Below the pieces are notes generated by a model. That model ran no database searches and was not told the DNA's origin. It saw nothing but the letters and a program-made list of their open reading frames with translations. The position numbers were made by a program, and so were the translations under genes. A DNA stretch of 63,999 nucleotides, filler included, from Gonapodya sp. JEL0774 (taxonomy: Eukaryota): the NCBI GenBank assembly GCA_027604505.1. It is 6 parts of 6 records of this genome, joined end to end, with 100 filler letters (N's around TTAATTAATTAA, not from the genome) between each part and the next. Parts side by side here need not be neighbours in the genome. Positions count along the whole stretch, not along the records: positions 11,151 to 22,199 come from JADIIX010000367.1; positions 22,300 to 33,318 come from JADIIX010000368.1; 4 more parts are not named here. One strand, written 5' to 3'. This document shows, piece after piece, positions 11,827 through 23,076 of the stretch (positions are counted from its first letter, which is position 1; every line of letters begins with the position of its first letter).

Positions 11827-13826
11827 TCAGTTTCCCCAATAAATACTTGACGGCGGAGGAGCTGAAGGGTAGAACGGATTTGTCGGAAGCTGCCGTGTGG
11901 TGGACGCCGAACTCATTCGCGGCCTTATTTCTGCAAGCACACCATCACCTGAGGAGGAGGAAGGGTGGCCCTGTGTCTCCGAGACGCACACGAGCGGGAA
12001 ACACCCCGACAAGTGCGTTGATGTGTTCATGCCCTGTGGTTTTGATGGTTTTACGAGGGCGGTGTGGTGAGAAGAAAGGGAAAAGGGTTGTACAGAGGGG
12101 GAAAACTCACCGACGCCCACCCATCTGCAAACGCGACATTCACAAACACCTGCTGTCCGAACTGCAGCAAGACCTCATCCGGCGCCGTCGGGACAAAGTT
12201 GCGGATGACGTGCATGATCTTTTGCACAGGCCGCGGTGGTACGCGGGGCTCGTTTGAAGCGGAGGTGGACACCAATTTCAAGTCGCGTTCGAGGTTTGAG
12301 ACCCGGAGCTTCAGGGCGTCAAACTCCATTTGGTACGTTGTTGTGAGTTGCGCGATTTTGGATTCCAGAGCCGCCACATTATCGGCCAATGGGGCATGTT
12401 CAGGTTCAGGATCTGACGACTGTGGTGTGCTCGCTCCAGTCGTAAGCTCAGACACGTGCCGTTCCAAGAGCGCCTGAAATTGAGCCTCCTCCTGCCTCTT
12501 CATGATCTCTTTATGTTTGGTCAAAAGCTGAAGGAACCGCACATCCGGGTGCTTTGACGCCGCAGTCTCTGCTTCGGCAGTGACGCTTGCCCCGGCGCGC
12601 AGCAGTATCGAGATAATTTCCAAGCTGGGCACAATCTGCACAGCGTCCGAAAGCTCGCTTTGGGGCTGCCACCTGTCGACGCGGACTTCGGCGCCGACTT
12701 TGTTTGTGTGGACTTTTCCAGTGTCGGCGTCTCCCTGTAAGGCCGTTGCGCTGGACCCGTCCCACGCTCTCACTGTCCCACCTCGCCCCACGGCGAGAGC
12801 CAAAATTGACGGGTAGGAGTATGTAGCTCCGTACGCCGGAAGCGCACTGTCCCGAGCTGAGCAACAAATGTGCCACTCGATCGGGCTAGAGTCCGTCAGT
12901 CCTTTCGCCAGAAGCGCCTTCACGACCTCGTCCCTGTTTTTCACAATGGCGAGCGCGAGAGCCGATTCGCATTCGAGTTGACGGGTGGGTTGGGAGGATT
13001 TGAGTGCGAAGTTCACTCTCTTCCGTGCCCAAGGGTCCGCAGATCCTTCGAGGATAAGCTTCCGTACAAGATCCGCCCTGTTCAGCTCGACTGCGTTTAT
13101 GAGGGCGACGTTCTGTGGAGCCGCGGCAGACGTGGTCGAAAGGCGCGGAAGGGTTGGCTCTGGCTGACGTTGCGCTTCCAAGAGCGTGAGAAACTGTGGG
13201 TCTGAAACCTTTCGTGCAGCTGCGAGGGCTGCATCAGTGGCTTTGGCGCCCCCACGGAGTAGAGCGATGAGGACTTCTAACTTGGGCTGAAGAGTGACGA
13301 GCCGGAATGCGTCCTCGTCTTTCGATGGATCGGCGATGGTCACGTCGCCTCCGGTCCTGCTCATTCTAATGAGACCAGTTTCCATTTCCTGTACCCAGTT
13401 CCGTCTGGGTCCGTTAGACGCGTACACATTGGTAGGGGTGTCGCCAAGGTTGGTAATGTTTCCCCCTTGTCCTAAAGCCAGCGCAAGAAAGCAAGGATAT
13501 TCGATGGGAAAGACCCAGCGGAATCTGTCCCAGTTTTCAAAATTGGTCCTGTTGTACCACAGGGGTACTCTCCATTCCACTTTCGCATCTGGGTCTGCCG
13601 CCTGTCTCACGAGTACCTCTACAATATCCGCCCTTCCAGAGGCCACTGCAAGTGCGAGTGCGCTTTCACATTGGATTGTGTCCCTTTTGGTCTCTCCTTT
13701 GTGGGTCCAACTAATAGTGACTCGTTTTGTCGCATTCGGTGAAGCACCGCCATCCAGCGCCTTGTTCACCCGCGCGATCTGCCCGCTTTCCACTGCATCG
13801 ATGAGCTCGGCATCCTGACCGGACAT
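11827..13826 (-). CDS. Protein with two tandem atypical ankyrin modules, a coiled coil and a C-terminal SH3 domain (~640 aa)
   Basis: Exons 13826-12111 and 12033-11827 with a phase-0 GT-AG intron; spliced SH3 reads MHVIRNFVPTAPDEVLLQFGQQVFVNVAFADGWAS|GMNTSTHLSGCFPLVCV; CESALALA occurs twice. Confidence 0.85.
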
Positions 13827-13928
13827 TTCGAGTTGAATATGCCCAACAAACACAGAAAGAATTTCAGAGTTTCGCCGAGGCAAGCAAGCCCAGGACAAAT
13901 CGGCCAGGCAACACACTTGCACTCATTC

Positions 13929-14320
13929 ATGACTCCACTCCGCGTGCTCGTCATCGGCGGAACAGGCTTTCTCGGTGCGCATCCACAGAAAACACTCACC
14001 GCGCACTTGCACTCCCTTCGTTGCTGACGTGTCCGTGTCCGTGTCCGCACCTTCCATTCCACGTTGCATCGCACGGCGAACCTCAATCGCAATTCGAATT
14101 CGACCCTCCCGAAACACATTTGACGCACGCTAAGGCCAGCACATCGTGAAGGCGGCCGTCACGGCGGGAGCCGAGGTGTCCAGCGTCAGGTGTACGGACT
14201 TCGTGGGTGCGGCCATTGAGCGATGGTCATGGGCACTTGCTGCCCGCTGCCCGCTGCCTCTCTAGCCGACGCGGCCAGCCGACGTTTGCGGGATCCAGAG
14301 ACCCCCTGTGGGCCACAAAG
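13929..14320 (+). pseudogene. Truncated NAD(P)-binding epimerase/atypical SDR (COQ11-like N-terminus only)
   Basis: Exons 13929-13974, 14135-14189 and 14266-14320 splice to MTPLRVLVIGGTGFLGQHIVKAAVTAGAEVSSVSRRGQP..WATK; no recognisable continuation before the convergent transporter ends at 14819. Confidence 0.6.
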
Positions 14321-14818
14321 GTATGCTCCCCATCTTCGCCCTCTCCACCCGCACCATCCCTCCTCAGGATACATAGTTTCAGTCGAAGATGGAGCCCCTT
14401 TCTGTTGCAAGGTCGCACAACGCACCTGTGGTAATCGTGTCGCGCGGACTGGGACCCTCGTGCATTGTAATGATGCCTGCTGGATTACGCAACAGGCGTA
14501 TCGTAATGTGCACTTTATGACAGCAAGTCTCACGCTGTTGTGCAGATTGTCAGAAGGCCTACTAAAGCACAAGGTAAGGAAAAGCGTAATGAAGTTGAAT
14601 CCTCGTGCATATTCAGCGAACTTAGGTACTTAGAATGTTATGAGTCTTTTGTTTCACCGACCGTGTACATTGCGAGGGGAAAGTATTCGATGAAACAAGA
14701 AATAACATCCATTCTTATCTTTATCTACATATATTTCCGGAACAAAATGTTGCGCGTCAGAGTGTAACCTCAAAACTAACTCTGCGTCATAATGGTGGCC
14801 TTCCGTGGATTCACGAGA

Positions 14819-17378
14819 TCAGTGGCGGAAGGTGTTGGTGGACACTTCACCGGTCTTCATCTCCGCCATGATCCTCCTCTCCTCGTCAGTGACGGCGGCG
14901 TGACCGAACACCTCGTCCATCTCCTCGAGAGATTTGCCCTTGGCTGTTGGACAGAGCAACGTGGCACAATGAGAATTTGGACGCTGCGCGATTATGAAAC
15001 AAAGAGAACTCACTCTCGGGAACGCAGTAGTAAACGAACGCGTGAGAGAGGAGCGTGGTGCAACCGAAGATGGCGTACTGGTAAGCTCCGAGACCGGAAG
15101 CGTAAGGCCAGCACTTGATGATGATGAAGTTGAAACTGAAGGATATTCAAACTGGTCAACACTTGCTCATTTTGCAACCTTAACATTTGCCAACTCACAT
15201 CCAGTTGGAAGTGGCACCGATGGAGGCACCTTTACCACGGGCACGAAGAGGGAAAGTCTCGCCAATGTACACCCATGCGACCGGACCCCAGGAGAAAGCG
15301 AAGGAGATGATGAAGAAGTCTGAACAACAAAAGAACCCATTAGACATCAACCACGGCAAATGTCTACAGTTTTGAACCAGACTTACAGATGCAGAGAACA
15401 CCCAAAGCACCGAAAGCTTTGCCCTTTGCGCTTGTCGGGTCGGCTTCAAGTTCTCCAGTCACGGGGTTGGTAATCTGCGTGGCGTTGAAGAGACCGACCC
15501 AGAGGACAAGCGACCAACTCGCGATACACATTCCGGCGCCACCGATGTAGAGAAGAGCACGGCGACCGATCTTGTCGATGGAGTAGATGGCGGGACCGGT
15601 GAAGACCACGAACAGGACAGATTGGAGTACGGTGATGAGCTTGGTGGACAGATCCTTGGAGATACCCATGCCGATAAAGAGGGAAGACGAGTAGTAGTTG
15701 ATGGCTGTTGGGAAAGGAGACAAGAATGTTGAGAAATACAGTCACTGCGGAAACGTCGAGTTCAGAGACAAACCGTTAATACCGGACACCTGCTGGAAGA
15801 AAAGAAGACCGAACGAGGCGAACGAGCGGGGGCGAAGGGGAAGAGTCCACATTTCGATCCATGTCGCCTTTGGGATGTTCTTTTCGAGGTCGATTGAGGC
15901 TTTCAAGTCTGCAAAAATGATGTCGACGTTTCAGAACCTGCGAAGTTTTGAAAACGGAGTAGGGAAGTGAGTGTCTCACCAGCAAACTCCTTGTCTACCC
16001 AAGCGCTGTTCACATCCTCGCCGTTGAGACGGGCCAAGGTCGCTTTGGCGAGTTCCTCTTTGCCCTTGGAAAGAAGGAAACGCGGGGTCTCGGGGAGGTA
16101 GAACAGAGATCCGAAGAGGAACAGGACGGGGACAACCTGTTCGCCAATCGAAACAGAAGAGCGGTAAGAGATAAAAGAAAGAAACTCCCGTTTCAAAAAC
16201 ACAGAGCTGTGAACGTACCTGGACACCAAAGGCAACCCTCCAGATGGAGTCCTTTGCTGGATCCATGACCGAAAGCAAAATTGAGTTGACAATCTGAAAA
16301 AACGTCATCCCAATCAGCCACTGCCGCTCCATCCGAAACAGTTTCTCCCTGGTCTCACGTTTGCCACCAAGATTCCCGTGACGATGAGAAGCTGCCATAG
16401 CGTTCCGACTGAAGCAGGGCGATCAATGAGCGGTAGGTGACGACTCTCAACAGAGTCCTGTAGAATATCCCACTCACCGCGTCCACGAACAACTGTAGGA
16501 GCACATTCGGCAATGTAAAGGGGGATGGCTCCAGTCTGGCGGTTCGGGTTGACAATGGTGTGGTTTGTGAGTAGTTGTAGTGGAATCAGACCATCGGGTA
16601 CTCACAAGACAGCCGACACCCATTCCACCAATGAAGCGACCAGCGTAGAATGCAGCAATACCATTGGCAGCGGCCTGGATGACAGCACCGGCCAAGAAGA
16701 AAAAGCAAGCAGCGAAAATGGCGTTCTTGCGACCACCGAGATATTCTTAGACACGGAATAGCGCGAAATGATTGCCGTGAGTAGAATGGAAATGAAGTCC
16801 ACATCAGGCAGAATGAGGCAGGAGGTGATATGGAAGTGTTTGTTTTGTAAACAATGAGGTACCGATGGCCCCCCACGCAGGAGGCACACACTCACCAGAG
16901 GCATACGATACGGAAAACGCGCCGGGAATGCAGCCGAGAAGGAAGATAGACGTGAGCCATCCAGTAGTCTCCGTGTTGTTCGATGTTGCGAGGAGCGATC
17001 CGTCAGCGCGGTACGTTGCCAGCGTGAAGAAGACCTGGAAGCTATGTAAGGGATGGTGAGGCACGTCCAACAGAACCCATCAGAAATCGCCCCAATCCTT
17101 GTGAGAACGATCGCAAAACACTCACGAGTCCATGTTGAGGACTTGGCTGAAGAATCGTGGAGCAGACGAGGAGTCAGACCTGACGAGGAGTCCCCAAAGC
17201 TCGTTGTGAACCTACTTCATGATTCCTGCAGATGGACGGGGACATGTCAGTTTTACAGATGCCACTACTCGCTTCCAGACAATCTTCACGAACCTTGCTC
17301 ATATCCGAAGAGGAAGCCGCCCACGGAGCACGTGATAGCGACACCCATAGCGTATCCATTTTTGCCCAAGATTCCCAT
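14819..17378 (-). CDS. MFS sugar porter family transporter, multi-exon
   Basis: GGFLFGYEQG, GRFIGGMGVG, LPETPRFL, QQVSGI-AINYYS, IDKIGRRALL, GETFPLRARGKG and KGKSLEEMDEVF motifs. Confidence 0.95.
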
Positions 17379-19219
17379 TGCTGAGGGTCAAGATGGAGAG
17401 TAAAAGATGCGGTGACAGACAGCGAGAACATGAGCTTTTTATGTAGGTAAAGACAAGGCAGGACGGGAGACAGAATTTTAGTTCCGTTCAGTGAAAACCA
17501 CCGACAGACTGACGGGGATCTGACCACAGCACATGAGGCATTGAAGCACGCCATTGTGAACTTTGACTTCAACCTCAATTGGCGTAAGGGGTCCATTTAA
17601 ACAATAAATAAATCAAGCTTGTTCGAATGATATTACGTGGCGTGATTGCTGCATCGCTCGAGGGTCACGAAGCGGGTGACGTGCCCCCATCCAGCAACGA
17701 TGTCGCCCATCGGTTCAGAAGCAAATCGTTCCGGATCACCAAAGAGTTCAAAGAGAAAAGTGATATGAGAAGCTCGAGCAAAAACTAACTGGCTTGGCAG
17801 TTTTCACTTTGGGGAAGGCGGATATACATGGCGGAACAATAGTGGAAGCGGAGGATGAATGCGGGGCCAGCAGGTTGACGAACCCCATCCCCCGGCATTT
17901 AATTCACGCATATCAGACGCACTCGAAAAAAATTAGGCTCTCGAAGCTACTCTTCTGTATTACTACATTGGAGTTGTTTCTTGGTTTGGCGTGCAATATG
18001 TGATCAACTGATTCCGTCGGTGGTGAGTCCCAATGTTTGAGTTAGCTCGGCACTTCAGCAATATCTTGATACAAGACATATCGTCGTCGTTGTCGATCTC
18101 ATATATAAGAACGGACATTCATCCAATGCACAACGTCCTCCCGTCCGTCAGTACCGAACGTTTCCATCAGGGCAGTAAGCACAAACCCAAAGAGAGCACT
18201 TCCAGGCGCTCGTACTGTGTCCGTCCGTTCTGACGCCCGTGGCACGGACATGATAATGATTGTTTCAAACGATATGAAATCGCGACTTACCCCTTTGAAA
18301 CCCCCTTGAAAACAAAGAGTGCATTTCAAGGATGGATCAAGCTGCGACTTGAAAGTCCCTCTCAAGCGAAGTTTCAGATGAAGGAGCGAGGGGCAACTGC
18401 ACGTTCTCCTTGGTGCCTCCGAGTTTTATCAAATGTTCCCATCCCATGAGCGTAAACCGTATTGTTCCAACGCCACAGGTGTTGTTATGCAACCATTTAC
18501 GCCGAGACATTGCGGGTGACCGCATCCTGGTGCAGACATGTTTGCACGTAAGTACCCACGAATTTGAAGTACACTGAACGCGTCGGGCTCTCGGGACAGT
18601 CACCAAAACACCACAGCTTCTCAGATGGCTGACTCCTTATGGAGATTTAATAACGCACTTACGGGAACTCTTTCCTCCATATCCAGCGTGGCCTGTGCTT
18701 GAAATGTTTGTTATCTGACGCTTCTGCTGAAGTTGGCCCCTTCATATCGGTGTTCATTGTGACCTTCTCTCACAAGCATCCTTGTGAGCATTCAGCGTGC
18801 CAAGGGTTTCTCCACTGATAAACATCTATTCTGTTTTGTAAATTTATTAGTTGGCGTTGGAACAATGACGTGCGGCAACGAAGAAATGCGGCTCGCGTCA
18901 TTCTTGAGCACCAGTTGCAAGCATGACTCAGTTTCCGAAAGACCGTTTCAAGTCAAAGAATTGAGTCGCTACTCACAAAAAGAATTTTTTGATAGAGAGA
19001 TAAAATGGGGCGAAAGTGCCCGAAGGGGTAGTGAAGTTCGCCCCCTCCCTCAGCTCGGAGAATATTGTACCCCATGATCACATTTTTGACTCCGTTTCCC
19101 ATTTTTCTGTCTCAGAATCGTCCGCCACCGGGCTCATTTCACCATCAAAGTCAACGGTCAACAGTCTCCCACGAGTATTGGCTTTCTCGGAAGATTTCAT
19201 CGCAAGAGCTTCACAGACG

Positions 19220-20136
19220 ATGACCACAACATTAGCTGTCTACCCATCACTGCGCGATCGTTGCGTTTTCATCACCGGAGGCGCGACTGGCATCGGTGGG
19301 TCCCAATCCGGCGCAATCTGTTCCTCTTCATTCCGGTACTCATCGCGAGCTTGCTTGTCGCCACCTTTGAACCACAGGCGCTACTATTGTCGAGTCGTTC
19401 GCAGTCCAAGGCGCCAAAGTGGCATTCATTGACATCGCTGAGGCAGAGGGACACGCTCTCTGTGACCGTCTTACCCCTCGTCCGTGGTTCAAAAAGGTCG
19501 ACGTGACGGACATTCCTGCTCTTCAAACCGCAATCCGCGAAGCCGCTTCTGATTTGGGCGACTTCCATGTACTCGTCAACAATGTTGTGCGTATTTTTCT
19601 CATTCACCGCTCGAAGTGCTTTTTGACAATGGTTAACACCCGCCTTTGACACTCCTATGTAGGCAAACGATGATCGCCACAAACTCGAGGACGTGACCCC
19701 CGAATACTACGACAACCGAATCGCCATCAACCAACGTCCCGCCACTTTCGCAATTCAATCCGTCGTTCCCGGCATGCAGCGTCTGGGAGGAGGCTCGATC
19801 ATCAACCTGGGTTCCGTGGGGTGGCAATCAAAGACCGGAGACTACGTCTGCTACGCGGTTGCCAAAAGCTCCATGGACGGTCTCACTCGTGGTCTCGCCA
19901 AGCCGCTGGGAAAGCACCGGATCCGGGTCAACACTGTTACTCCGGGGTGTGTCACCACCGAAAGGCAGAAAAAGCTCTGGTTAACGCCGCAGGCGGTCGC
20001 GGACATCAATGCTGCGCAGTGCCTGCCTGTTGAAGTGTTGCCTCAGGATATTGCCAACATGGTATTGTTTTTGGCGAGCGACGCAAGCACCGCGTGCACG
20101 GCTCAAGAGTTCAGAGTTGACGCTGGGTTCATCTGA
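19220..20136 (+). CDS. Short-chain dehydrogenase, bacterial-type aldose 1-dehydrogenase (Caulobacter XylB D-xylose dehydrogenase-like), 252 aa
   Basis: Exons 19220-19295, 19378-19586 and 19663-20136; YPSLRDRCVFITGGATGIG, NNVANDDRH, catalytic S and YAVAK, TERQKKLW, AQCL and DAG. Confidence 0.9.
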
Positions 20137-21832
20137 AGTTGTATATTTCTTCTTCGCGAGTGACCAGGGAAGTGAGGTCACCTCTGCGGCATCTGCCTGT
20201 GTTGATTTATAGCGGATGTAAAAATGGGTGTATGTAATTATGAATTAATGCCATAAAATGTCGATAACAAAGTGACCAATTGCGTCCCACAAACGATGAT
20301 TTGACCATCTGCCGTAGCCATCTTGGAAGTCGAGAGCTGAAGCACTCTGACCTTGCCTTTTGCCATCTATATCAAGTTCTTTCTGGGAACCGACTCGACT
20401 CAACTCCCGAGAAAGTTTTATCAAGGTAACATGGCAGCACAAACAGCAACGAAGATGGTACCCCCCGGAACTCTAAGTGGTCGAGCATGTCATAAGGTCA
20501 TGACCATGTTGTGAACGATCACGAAGAACGCCCGAATTCATATTAAAAACGAAAAAGATGCCTCATATTGATCACAATGGTTTGGGGACCAATATTCGTT
20601 TACAAGAGGGTCAAATGAGTCAAGTACCCGAATAGCAATCCGCTGGTGTGATTCGTGTTGCGTGTTCCCTGACTACCTGAAAAAAACCAGAGCAAGTATC
20701 TGGAAACACAATGATTGATTTGTATGCAGCGTCTTGGTGCCCGCTGATACGTGTCCGAGAACGCGCGCGCACATTTCCTCCTGCTTCACTGTTATCTGCA
20801 AGCGATAGTTACAGACTATCTGTATCTACAGCTTCTTCATTCCCGTTGTTTAATATTCGACGATTCTCTCATCGAATGCAGATTCTTTCGTCCATGGCGG
20901 TATCATTGCCAACCTGCAAATCAAGTTCCCGTGTCACATAGTCAAGTCGTTCACCTCATTGCATCAGGTCTCTCATTCGAATATTCGGTGTGCACTTTCG
21001 AAGCCCGCATGTAGAACGCAAGACGAGAGTTACCCCGTGTCTCGTGACAACTGGCCAGTTACGAGTGTCCAGAGGCAACGAAGGACGAACTGGACTACTA
21101 CGAGTCGCCCAGGGGGCAACCAAAGATGAACTGGGCAATTTTGAATCGTCAAGGGTACAACTCCCCTTATCCGGCTGTCCGCCGGCTGTCAGGAAACGCA
21201 TTATTGTCAACCTCGTCCACGTTTGATATAGAAGACAATCGGATCGCTCTGTCGTTTAAAACCGGGCAGATTGCTCTCACCGAGGGAAACATATTCCTGT
21301 CCGAGTCAGAACCCTCACCCTGCTCGCCAACATTCGCTGATACCAAGGAGAACACGTAATGCAGTGGGCCAAAAAAGCTGATGAGGGTGCAAAACAGACG
21401 GAGGGAAGAATTTTCGAAGCAATAATTGCCAGGAGATTCTGCTTACCCAGAAGGCAGTATCACTCTCATGGAGAAAATTATATTTTCAAGATGCCACGTC
21501 GGTAAATTCAAACAAAAGATGGTATTTTTAGCATTCACGAGCTCTCTTAGTCGATGACTCCGTATTACGTGGGTCAAACGATCACTGCCGTCATTATATG
21601 TAGATCGGCATATCCAGCACACATTTCCACCTGCCCACTTCGTCTTCGTGCAATTGGCAACTGTGAAATGCTTGTTCGCAAATGTGCACACCGCCAAAGA
21701 ACACGATTGATGGTCAAAGTTGCAGCCTCGCCCGATTTCATTCCTTCGGTGCCATGAGCCGATTAACAGAACGTTGAAGGGGCATGCAGTGTTTCCGCGA
21801 GTGTTTCTTGACCCGCCGACATTTACGGAAAA

Positions 21833-22067
21833 TACTTTTACCTGACCCCCTTAAGTCTTTTATCTGACCCACATCGGTACTTTTTTCTGACAGGCCAGTT
21901 TACTTCAATCTGACTGAAGGTACTTTTATCTGCCTCTTCAAATTCTTTTTTCTGATTCACAATTACTTTTTTCTGACCCCCTTATATCTTTTGTCTGACT
22001 CATATCAGTACTTTTTTCTGCCTGAAAATTTTCTTCATTCTGACCTTGAAATTGACTTTTGTCTGAC
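21833..22067 (+). repeat. Array of 11 degenerate CTTTT(A/T)TCTGAC units (~20-23 bp period); probable DNA-transposon subterminal repeats
   Basis: Units are directly visible; units 1-4 recur as units 7-10 (~131-bp higher-order repeat); preceded by CAGTGTTTCC at 21787, which resembles a hAT terminus. Confidence 0.8.
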
Positions 22068-22299
22068 AACGATTTGATTGGTGCTGTTGGAGGCTAACAC
22101 TCTAGTCTCCATGAGAAGCAACAACTTTATGCAGTGATGATGTTACAATTCTGTATGATTTGAATCTCTCTAGCAGCATGACATTTGGGGATGTGAACTN
22201 NNNNNNNNNNNNNNNNNNNNNNNNNNNNNNNNNNNNNNNNNNNTTAATTAATTAANNNNNNNNNNNNNNNNNNNNNNNNNNNNNNNNNNNNNNNNNNNN

Positions 22300-22784
22300 C
22301 TTTCCATCTACTACTCCAGCAAACTCCACTCAGTTCTTCCACTTGCGCGATTCCTCGTTCTCTCTGCCGTACTCACACCGACTACCCGTAATCTTATCTC
22401 CACACGAGAGCTCTCTCTCCTTCCACCTGGCGCTTTTGTGGTCAACGTCGCCAGAGGTGCTGTGGTTGATTCTCAGGCGGTTGCTGAAGCGATACGTGCG
22501 GGTTCGTTGGGTGGAGTAGCAGCTGACGTGTATGAGAGGGAGCCAGTTGAAGGTAAGTGATGGTCCCCTTCAGATCCTGTTGTCGCAGAATGCACGCTAG
22601 AGCTCTGCTGCCAACACTACGTGTAGCTTCGCACCCTTTTCTTCATCTCCCTCCCGAACGCGTCTCTCTGACACCGCATACTGGCGGGGTCTCAGATTTA
22701 GGGTATGCCGGTATCGCAATGGGGATGGCAGATAACCTGCACCGTCTGAGAAAGGGAGAGGAGTTGAAAAATAGGAAAGTATGA
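22300..22784 (+). CDS. D-isomer-specific 2-hydroxyacid dehydrogenase, 3' part only
   Basis: LTPTTRNLI..VVNVARGAVVD..AADVYEREPVE, one intron, then LTPHTGG; the 5' end lies beyond the scaffold edge. Confidence 0.9.
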
Positions 22785-23076
22785 GAGGACCGTGATATCA
22801 AGCCCCATCATCACATATTAGACGTCTAGTTAGAGGTTCCGTAAATACTGGGTCTACTCAAAGCACTGAACCATGCACTGTTTCAATAAAGAAGTTCATG
22901 TATTCTCATCGACTGGGAAGAAGGCTGATGATGACCGAATAATTGAACACCGTGCTGCCAAATGGAAGCCAGTCCGGTACTGCTTGCTCGCAGCAGCGTA
23001 GACTGCGAGCTGATTCTATAGCGTGTTTGATTAAACATGATATATCCTCAGACATCCACAAAATAATAGCAGATGC

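Noticed and set aside
21833..22067. CRISPR-like array
   Set aside because: Repeats are ~13 nt and degenerate, linkers are 6-10 nt and partly duplicated, there are no cas genes, and the context is eukaryotic.
14819..22784. Three-gene sugar catabolism cluster (porter, SDR, 2-hydroxyacid dehydrogenase)
   Set aside because: The 2-hydroxyacid dehydrogenase is on a different scaffold across an artificial spacer.
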